The position numbers were made by a program, and so were the translations under genes. DNA of 64,000 nt from an uncultured Eubacteriales bacterium (GTDB lineage Bacteria > Bacillota > Clostridia > Christensenellales > CAG-917), in the NCBI GenBank assembly GCA_900545885.1, contig URAF01000002.1, positions 89,866 through 153,865 of the forward strand, read 5' to 3'. The notes below the pieces were generated by a model, which worked only from the letters and a program-made list of their open reading frames with translations, did not search any database and had not been told where the DNA came from. Shown piece after piece: positions 57,801-64,000 of the stretch (position 1 is the first letter of the stretch; each line of letters begins with the position of its first letter).

Positions 57801-57960
57801 TGTCGGGTTCTCTATTCCGGATATGATACTCAATCCCGTTGAAGTCGTCTATTCATTGCGTATAAATGAAGCGGGCTATTACAGAATAAGACTGAATGCA
57901 AAAGGCACTCTGTGCAATTCTTTTGTGCTGAGTCTTGATATTTATGCAGTGAAACTGTGA
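54853..57960 (+). CDS. Giant lipoprotein (1035 aa), no recognisable catalytic domain
   Basis: GTG start after AAAGGAG. Lipobox FVAC in MKRKIGFLYKAAVLVLMAVLLTCCFVACNKGD. Composition is beta-rich and Asp/Asn/Tyr-rich. No terminator separates it from the kinase gene. Confidence 0.8.
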   Translation: MKRKIGFLYKAAVLVLMAVLLTCCFVACNKGDELPDGKPTSWETDLRVAADRIAEHVRLNGGLINITFRGEATVDGGKKFSLFAGMNYNLENVDDSMLCVELADEDRVLASLKSNNSTSYVDVVPNDYIGDAKLQVLNLNIFDLFNVSYNAQKQDGVIDAFSDMLVNLGMTFFNGVNIEQGDVYVFDLNPEFASQGEEYFRAVFDVFGKTVTSAVLGAFGIDDISELFGMIPSMQGKVAFDFGNENGVSVTTRDLVVGEDAVELKAEFTVAYTKDETLADKFPSDSSGYVQTKIGNSYMSGTISLYGGSDRLIKYDYELNANIDLLSLVLNDYDLTKLSEDNYLHFKVSHKCDSKCGSFCTERIGGSKGSVFEIGFSPIDFGTYNIYCSVNVSSILSTQYVEKISEEAGMSLKSVLPEYMLFAFPHEKFYRDSVFMRLFNVLYADNLFNGDDFELVIDNTQRFIGETDGIIGELLEQFLHGDDFNVDKMRFDIKEYRYGQALQYDVYKQTVYIIADDVSEVKDYGQSIPIFGYLYVVPLSWEYESMKTTADGELQLTNIYDWSGNLLHGVDGGGNYVPMSPEEAAGLQEFYLHATYTKYDKVSTEEFAARIVEVSGLDINDRGVQEVTLKVEYPNPLHSGKINEVYELAHDDLYVEVKAKIKLTDYVENGLKFSQNTGDRKFYLATFEKEAPEFLKAQISVRYENGYVKTMDVIGESDAVVFTNSIILARYSIVEAGRIKVKFKAFNQVFVRYYDIERPDEVRFEIDEEDIGPFNVGSTVYMSNLTTRVKMYAIYNDMNGERKEVDVLLRAGDFFVNNIPLSNSSSDWQSKPINDYGNYTVDFYKSNNYNCVIKKLGYTSDTFAIRVLPAQIRYPTYKYEQTSPTHSYWFVDSDYSLSGKIINETHGETPDRQSDYSLEIEILKGEITENPVGGGMSHVAFREGKAGVDTVTGKLGFYSDGADRPYAVLNSLSVGDVQSSGNSVGFSIPDMILNPVEVVYSLRINEAGYYRIRLNAKGTLCNSFVLSLDIYAVKL

Positions 57961-58282
57961 AACCATTGAGAAAGTGCAATTATCGGTTGTCCATACGCAA
58001 TTCCGCTTTACGATTGGGTTTATACATCTGAAAAGTCCGGATCTCGGTCGGGTGAATATAATTCGAATACCGTATGGAGAAACAAAGAAAATAATGATGA
58101 ATAATAGATAAATTATAGTAAATAAAGAGTAAGAAAAAGCAATACAAATAAAAACAGTGTCATTATTCGAGCAGTTTGTATGATCAATACAAGCGACGCC
58201 GCCGGATTGAATTGTACTGAACATAATGTGTCGCGTCGACTGTATAATCAGGAATTCGGATTATGTTATGTGTGACGAAAAC

Positions 58283-58318
58283 AATGCGCCGCAAGAGAAG
58301 CGGCGCATTTAATTTTAT
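58283..58318 (+). terminator. Intrinsic terminator
   Basis: Stem aatgcgccgc/gcggcgcatt followed by TAATTTTAT. Confidence 0.6.
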
Positions 58319-58391
58319 ACAATTTTAAAATGTTGAATTCTGAAACTCGGATTTTTACAACGATTTTGCGATTGAAAAAAACAGTGCATAG

Positions 58392-58515
58392 AAATTAAAT
58401 TAAAATTACTAAATTATCGCGCTTTTGGAGAAATTTTGTCTCAGCAAAACCTGTTTTTGCTTTGAAACTGCATTTTAATAGGCAAAATCGCCAATATTTA
58501 ATTTTAATTTAATTT
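58392..58515. repeat. 17-bp perfect inverted repeat pair upstream of the second lipoprotein gene
   Basis: aaattaaattaaaatta (58392-58408) is the exact reverse complement of taattttaatttaattt (58499-58515), with a 90-nt spacer. Confidence 0.6.
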
Positions 58516-58596
58516 GAATGTTAGGTTAAATAAATATAATTAAGCCGAGCATAATAGTGCTTAAAAACAAAAAAATACCCAAAAAAGGAGAACTAT

Positions 58597-61500
58597 ATGA
58601 AGCGGAAACTGTTTATTACAATCATAGCAGTCCTCATTCTGTGTTTAACTTGCGGAATGCTTATGGTTGCCTGCAACAAAAAAACAGCCAAACCCGACAT
58701 CAAACCGTCCGTGCCAGAAACCAGACCCGAGAAAACGGAAGAAATGATGACTACGGTGTGGAAGCAGATTAAAAGTTCCACCAACGTCGGCGAGAGTAAA
58801 AACTTTGTTGTCGACTTTGACATCGCTCTCAATGTCGACGACGAAACGCCGAAAAACAACGACGTTCTTTATTCTTTGGTTGGCAAGACTTCCATTGACG
58901 TCAACGAGGGTAAGGAAAGCGATATCTTCATTGAGTTGAAGGCAACAAAGAACGGCGAATCCAAGGTGCTGTTCGGCTTTGCTTATGACGTTGAGAAGGT
59001 CGAAAATGTCGACGTTCCCTTTGTTTATATCAGCGCGGGAGGTAGCGAATACAAAAAAATCAACGGCTTTTATCTCACGCAACTTGTAGCTGACGTACAG
59101 TCGGCAATCAAAAATTCGCAAGGAGCAAGCAAAACTATTCTCGACAAGATCAATAGTACTTTCACAACCGTAAGCGGATTTCTCAGCCCCGATACGCTTT
59201 TCCCGTTGCTTTCTCAGGCGGGCATAGTTTCTAAAACCGGCGTTGTTTCAGACTACGGCAAGACTTTTACGATCAACGTGAACGTAGCTCCCGTTTTTCC
59301 TCTGTTGGGTGGATTGATGAAAGACAACGTGCTTTCCAAAATCGGTCTTACGGTAGCGCAGCTTGACTCTGTCGCAAAAGGTGTTGCGGGTTATCTCGGT
59401 TTCCAAGGCGTCGAAACATTTGCTCAACTTTGTACAGAGACAGGCAAGGCACTCCAATTTCTCAATACTCAACTAGTATTCAGGTTCGATGACAAGCAAA
59501 CATTCTCTTCTGCAACTATAAATATCGATTACAACAAGAATAATGACGGAGTACCTTCGGATTTTGCAAAATACACGCTTTCCGTGAATAAAGCCGTCAT
59601 AAAAATCGGCGAACTCGACGTATTTGCCGGCAGCCCCATAACCGACGAAGTCAGAGCGCAGAAATCCGTCAACCTGCTCAACTTCTCCGTAAAAGGCAGT
59701 GCAGTTAGTTACAAAGGCGAGGAAATCTCTCACAGATATTCCATCGAAGTTCAATCCGATATCAATCCATTCGAACTTCTCAGCCTTATTGGCAACACGA
59801 GCAAAGAAAACATCGTTGCCACACTCAAAAGACTCGGTTATTTTCATCTTGAAATCAACGAAGTAAACGAAAACGGCGACAAACTTGCAAATATCATTAC
59901 TCTTCACAGCAAATTCGACGAAGGTTTTGCGGTTGCAAACCTCAATCTCAATGACGCAAGTGTTTTCATTGTCAGTTTGCCTATAGGACTTGGCGGAGTA
60001 TATGACTTCGACGGACTCGTGGACATTATAGGCACGCTTTCTGCAAAGAGCGGAGAAGCGACTTCTGCCGCAGGAACCGACATATTCGGGATTGTTGCCA
60101 AGTTGGTAGGTTTCTTCCATGTCGATAACATCAAGACCAACGGTGTGACAGTCGATATCAAAAGTCTGGTTGTTGCTCTCGTAGAACAGCTCGGAATCAA
60201 ACTCGATTCGACATTGAGCGATGTTCTCAGTCAGGTTCTCGATTGCGATACCGTCAACATCAAGCTGGAAATGCCGACTTTCGGCACATGCACGCAGGTC
60301 GAAACGTCTTCGGTCGAGAGTGGCATCAGAACATCCGGCAGTTTCAAATCCGGAAAGGATTTCATCAAAAAAATAGTCTCGCTCGACGGATTTGCGACCG
60401 AGATACTGCAAGACGACTCCAATATGGGAAGGTACGTTTCGGGATCGTTGGAAGCAGGCAAATGCTTTGAAATGAACGGCATCAATCTGAAAGGCGAAAA
60501 CGTAAAAACTTCGGGCTTTATTATGGCCACCGAAGGATTGGATGTCACAAAAGCAGGCGAACAGGAAGTTACTTTCTATATCGCAATTGGCTCGGATATT
60601 ATGGCAACAATCAACACCGCGTCATTGGTAACCACCATTTCCGTTCCCGACAATATTCCCATCAACGGAGTACTCGTATTCAAGACAAAGATAAATGTCG
60701 CCGCGTATGATCCCGAAGCGCAACTTTCATTTGAAAATCTTGCCGAAAACAAGGAAGTGGTAATCGATAAGGCGTCCGGTAAAGACTGGTTTAAGAAGGT
60801 GCTTGCCAGTGCCTACCGCGATCTTATAATGAAAGTCGGCGAAAAGAGTTATAAACTCAGTCAAAACGATGCAATCGTCATGAAAGACGGAAAAGACGTT
60901 TCGGCAGAAGTTATCAAAAACGGCATGTCGCAAACAGGCACTTATACTGTGACTGTCGGCATCGGCAAGTACAGAACCGAACAAATTACTTTCCGTGTAG
61001 AGGACGCTTACCTTGAAAAGACAAGCGAAGCAGAAGTGCCGACTTCGATCGGGATAGGCAAAGAATTCAGCTTGCCCACCTATAAAATCATCGTTTGCAA
61101 TTTCGACGGTTCTAAAAGCGAACAAATTGTGGAGCCTGTCTATAAGTTGAACAGCACCGTAACAAGCCTTGATAAGATTTTCGACATCAAAGACGGAGTT
61201 TACACGTTGAAGAAAGATCTCAACTTTGTAGGCAAGAAATTTACGATCTCCTATACAGCAACGGGATTGCTCAGCGGCAACAAGGAACTGAAAGTCAAAA
61301 TTCCCATCACAGGACCCGAAGTCACAAAAGGTTCGAGCGTTTATTTCGGCAATTCGCTGAACAACTTTATCGGCATAAAGCTTGACAGCATAAATTATTC
61401 GGTGATTTACGAAGACGGCAAGTGGATTGCAAAGAGCGCGGAAGGCAAAACCCTGGACCTAAACGCTACGTTCGAATGGACGTCAGCAAACAGCGGAAAC

Positions 61501-61974
61501 AAAGTGACTTTCGACGACAATGGCTATATTACCAATTATAATACCGCGGACTCCAATTACAGGGATAAAGTCTATTATACGATTGATGTGGATGGATGTT
61601 CTTATTCCAATTCGTTCACCGCTTATGAACTGTATGCCAATGATAAAACAGGTTTGTGGGGACCGGTTTCGTTAAACAGCAAACTCGACGGCTATATAAG
61701 TTATGTAAATTACATTTACCACGAAGCCGACGGAGTTAAAACGGCACTGGAATTCAAGTACGGTGCAAACGGTTACGGCATTTACGTCAACGGTACCGAT
61801 ACAAAAGTTTACGACGTTAAAGTCACCGTGTTCAACGGAGAAGAAGACGTCACATCGACAGTACTCGCAGACGGCGCATTGGCGCAGGCGGGCACCTACA
61901 AAGTGCAGTATGAAATCAACGCGATTTACGGCACTGCGTTTACAATCTCCCACAACGTGAAAGTCAACGCTTAA
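58597..61974 (+). CDS. Giant lipoprotein (1125 aa), distant paralogue of the 54853 product
   Basis: AAAGGAG RBS. Lipobox MVAC in MKRKLFITIIAVLILCLTCGMLMVACNKK. It shares short blocks with the first lipoprotein: YSIEVQSDINPFELLSLIGN versus YDYELNANIDLLSLVLN, and GLDVTKAGEQEVTFYI versus GLDINDRGVQEVTLKV. Confidence 0.8.
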   Translation: MKRKLFITIIAVLILCLTCGMLMVACNKKTAKPDIKPSVPETRPEKTEEMMTTVWKQIKSSTNVGESKNFVVDFDIALNVDDETPKNNDVLYSLVGKTSIDVNEGKESDIFIELKATKNGESKVLFGFAYDVEKVENVDVPFVYISAGGSEYKKINGFYLTQLVADVQSAIKNSQGASKTILDKINSTFTTVSGFLSPDTLFPLLSQAGIVSKTGVVSDYGKTFTINVNVAPVFPLLGGLMKDNVLSKIGLTVAQLDSVAKGVAGYLGFQGVETFAQLCTETGKALQFLNTQLVFRFDDKQTFSSATINIDYNKNNDGVPSDFAKYTLSVNKAVIKIGELDVFAGSPITDEVRAQKSVNLLNFSVKGSAVSYKGEEISHRYSIEVQSDINPFELLSLIGNTSKENIVATLKRLGYFHLEINEVNENGDKLANIITLHSKFDEGFAVANLNLNDASVFIVSLPIGLGGVYDFDGLVDIIGTLSAKSGEATSAAGTDIFGIVAKLVGFFHVDNIKTNGVTVDIKSLVVALVEQLGIKLDSTLSDVLSQVLDCDTVNIKLEMPTFGTCTQVETSSVESGIRTSGSFKSGKDFIKKIVSLDGFATEILQDDSNMGRYVSGSLEAGKCFEMNGINLKGENVKTSGFIMATEGLDVTKAGEQEVTFYIAIGSDIMATINTASLVTTISVPDNIPINGVLVFKTKINVAAYDPEAQLSFENLAENKEVVIDKASGKDWFKKVLASAYRDLIMKVGEKSYKLSQNDAIVMKDGKDVSAEVIKNGMSQTGTYTVTVGIGKYRTEQITFRVEDAYLEKTSEAEVPTSIGIGKEFSLPTYKIIVCNFDGSKSEQIVEPVYKLNSTVTSLDKIFDIKDGVYTLKKDLNFVGKKFTISYTATGLLSGNKELKVKIPITGPEVTKGSSVYFGNSLNNFIGIKLDSINYSVIYEDGKWIAKSAEGKTLDLNATFEWTSANSGNKVTFDDNGYITNYNTADSNYRDKVYYTIDVDGCSYSNSFTAYELYANDKTGLWGPVSLNSKLDGYISYVNYIYHEADGVKTALEFKYGANGYGIYVNGTDTKVYDVKVTVFNGEEDVTSTVLADGALAQAGTYKVQYEINAIYGTAFTISHNVKVNA

Positions 61975-61993
61975 TGAAAGCAACGTAAAATCA

Positions 61994-62040
61994 GGGAGCT
62001 TCCGACCGCTTCGGTCGGAAGCTCTCCGAATGTCTTTCTG
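61994..62040 (+). terminator. Strong hairpin terminator
   Basis: Stem gggagcttccgacc-gcttc-ggtcggaagctctcc of about 14 bp, followed by a T-rich tract. Confidence 0.6.
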
Positions 62041-62109
62041 TTCGAAAAGGCATTTTATTTATCAAAAAATCTATTATCAATTACCGTTTAGTGCGGATAG
62101 GGGAAAAAA

Positions 62110-62952
62110 ATGAATAAACAGCTTCTTTACAAAGCGGCAAAATCATTCTTCTATGTTGCAGGCTTCCCGATGATGCTCGTTATGATGCTCATCACCCTCG
62201 CGCCTATGTTCAACGTGGAAGTTATGGGAAACCATGCTGCCAACTGGATCATCGTTTTCTTCGTGCTTTGGGCGGTGTTCGAAGCGGTCAGATTCGTTCT
62301 CAACAGATTTGTCGGCCGCAGAAGCGAACGCCATCAGAAAGTCGTCGTTGTCGCAACCGCAGTTTTCGCAATCTTGCTCGTGCTGCTGCCTTCCGCGATA
62401 TTCGACGCCGTCAACCGTCCCAAGTACGAAGAGGAGTATGCCTCTCTTTCGGCGGCAACCGATGTCAAGTCCTATGACAAAGTCATGGGTTGGCACAGAG
62501 ATTTCACCACCAAATACGAAAGCGATGTCTACTATCTTATCAACGACCATTACGATTTTATGAAACAGTACGGGCTAAGCCACACCTATTCGGAGTGGTA
62601 CGACAACGCCGACAAGAAGAGCGGATTGGGTCATAAAATCGGATCTTTCGAAAAAATAGACCAACTGTATGCAGAAAAACTTTCGGCGGTTGACAAGCTT
62701 GCCGCGGCAAAAAAAGAACTTTCGGCAATTGAGGCAAAACAGGCGGAACTGACAGCCGCATACGAAGCGGCGGTTGAGAGCGGAGTGGAAGCGGATATTA
62801 CTGCCGCGAAAAAAGCGCTTGACGATTACAATGCGTCCGTCGACGCCGACCTCATCAGACTCAAAGGCGAACGCCTTGACATTTCCGCAATCAAACCAGA
62901 ACTCGTCAAAGTTCTTTACTGTGACATATTTTTATGGACACTCTTTATATGA
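62110..62952 (+). CDS. Membrane protein with a C-terminal coiled-coil region, possibly 3'-truncated
   Basis: Three N-terminal TM helices, then an Ala/Lys/Glu heptad-like region (KLAAAKKELSAIEAKQAELTAAYEAAVE). The ORF ends just as base composition turns AT-rich. Confidence 0.65.
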   Translation: MNKQLLYKAAKSFFYVAGFPMMLVMMLITLAPMFNVEVMGNHAANWIIVFFVLWAVFEAVRFVLNRFVGRRSERHQKVVVVATAVFAILLVLLPSAIFDAVNRPKYEEEYASLSAATDVKSYDKVMGWHRDFTTKYESDVYYLINDHYDFMKQYGLSHTYSEWYDNADKKSGLGHKIGSFEKIDQLYAEKLSAVDKLAAAKKELSAIEAKQAELTAAYEAAVESGVEADITAAKKALDDYNASVDADLIRLKGERLDISAIKPELVKVLYCDIFLWTLFI

Positions 62953-63258
62953 CACTATACAACGCTCCGATGTATCGCCTTTCGTCTGCGTTTGTAGCAA
63001 AGTGAAAAGCGAAAGTCAACGGCAAAAATTTGTTACAGAAAACTTTTAAGGCGTTAGAATTAGAATTTATATTGAGTTTCTCGTTTCTTGGGGTTGAACA
63101 TCAGTTTGGTGTTTAATCTTTTTATTACAATTACGCAACAAATTTTATGCTGTTTCGTTGACTTCCGTCTAACAAACTACAAAGTAAAAACCGTCTATCT
63201 TTTCCCGGTGCTACTTCCGTTTTTGCCGAAAGGCGAAATAAATCGGAGGTAAATCCAA

Positions 63259-63879
63259 ATGGAAACAAAAATATTAAATTTTAGAGTTCTGAAAGAAGAA
63301 ATCTCACACAACAACGTGCTTGAAATGGCAGAACTTATTGCCTTTATGGAATTACGTTTCCAAATAGGTTACTCGGGAAATCGCGCACAAAAAATGTATG
63401 CCGACCTGTATGCCGATATTAAGCACAAAAACGAATTAGGACATACTTTTAGCGATTCATACGATTTAGTCCAAGAAGGAGCGTTGTATCTTTGCGAACA
63501 TTACGGAAAGCGTTTAAGCGACGTTTTGTTTTGCAACAAGAAAGGTAAGCCGATTACAATCGAAATTGCCTGTATTCGTAAAATGATGAAATTGATAAAT
63601 AGAAAAATGAGCGACTATTACCGCAGGGTAAGTTTAGACGCCCTGACGCCTGTAAGCGAGCCGTCTTACGAAATCAAAGAAGAAGTCGCACAAGACTATA
63701 CCGTATATGACATAATCGTGGAAAGCCTGAATTTAACCGAAAATATGCGTATCGCTTTGGAATGCCGCCAAAATGGTTTGAGTTACCCCGAGATAGGCAG
63801 AGTTTTATCTCGTGCGCAAGCAACTGTGTATGAATACTTTATCAAAATGCGACAAAGATATATGGCAATTTATGGATAA
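63259..63879 (+). CDS. Sigma-70 region-4-like HTH protein (regulator of the type often carried on mobile elements)
   Basis: C-terminal HTH LTENMRIALECRQNGLSYPEIGRVLSRAQATVYEYFIKMRQRY. Strong GGAGGT RBS. The local context is AT-rich. Confidence 0.6.
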   Translation: METKILNFRVLKEEISHNNVLEMAELIAFMELRFQIGYSGNRAQKMYADLYADIKHKNELGHTFSDSYDLVQEGALYLCEHYGKRLSDVLFCNKKGKPITIEIACIRKMMKLINRKMSDYYRRVSLDALTPVSEPSYEIKEEVAQDYTVYDIIVESLNLTENMRIALECRQNGLSYPEIGRVLSRAQATVYEYFIKMRQRYMAIYG

Positions 63880-64000
63880 GTAAAAACTAATCTCAATATG
63901 GTCAACAAATCACATAACGTTGACATTAAGCATCAAAAGTTAATCGTTTCAAGATGTGCATATCACATTTGAACGTGTTTTTTATGATATATTTTCTTAT

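Noticed and set aside
57853-58224. 123-aa minus-strand ORF in the spacer between the two lipoprotein genes. It has one hydrophobic stretch.
   Set aside because: It overlaps the 3' end of the lipoprotein gene, has no RBS, and has AT-rich low-complexity codon content (runs of I/F/L). It is most likely spurious.
58241-58318. An extended -10 element TGTATAAT (58241-58248) followed about 35 nt later by the terminator hairpin. This suggested a tiny roughly 60-nt sRNA.
   Set aside because: There is no acceptable -35 element, and the hairpin is adequately explained as the terminator of the upstream lipoprotein operon. Without expression data this is over-interpretation.

Overview
This 64-kb chromosomal segment appears to come from a Gram-positive, Clostridia-like (Bacillota) bacterium. 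Support for that call: GGAGG-type ribosome binding sites (RBS), lipobox lipoproteins, a T-box leader, a TPP riboswitch and a tmRNA. Coding GC is near 50%, with several clearly AT-richer patches.

Most of the window is ordinary metabolism and transport:
- a Na/Pi cotransporter followed by a two-component system;
- a fused MacB-like ABC transporter and a Zn-dependent alcohol dehydrogenase;
- a TPP-riboswitch-controlled ThiXYZ-like uptake operon;
- ssrA;
- a DUF1538 membrane protein with two PII-like proteins;
- a complete lplA-lpd-gcvT-gcvH-gcvPA-gcvPB glycine cleavage cluster;
- a heterodimeric ABC exporter pair;
- a stand-alone GMP synthase ATP-pyrophosphatase (ATP-PPase) subunit;
- an amino-acid ABC importer;
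- a T-box(Trp) leader upstream of trpB2;
- a ClC channel.

I saw no CRISPR array, transposase, integrase, rRNA or tRNA gene, and no canonical defence genes.

The best candidates for something undescribed are:
1. A terminator-bounded 3-gene operon (30.6-34.9 kb). An adenylate-forming (ANL superfamily) ligase is translationally coupled to two tandem membrane acyltransferases resembling heparan-alpha-glucosaminide N-acetyltransferase (HGSNAT).
2. A two-component system followed by two giant, distantly paralogous, domain-less lipoproteins and a coiled-coil membrane protein (52.8-63.0 kb). Its control regions share AT-only motifs and long perfect inverted repeats.
3. A divergent GT2-TPR glycosyltransferase and Cys-rich collagen-like protein pair (50.6-52.5 kb).
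4. A 1.3-kb AT-rich, ORF-free tract (45.7-47.0 kb) beside the T-box/trpB2 unit.

All functional calls come from motif recognition by eye. No database search was run.
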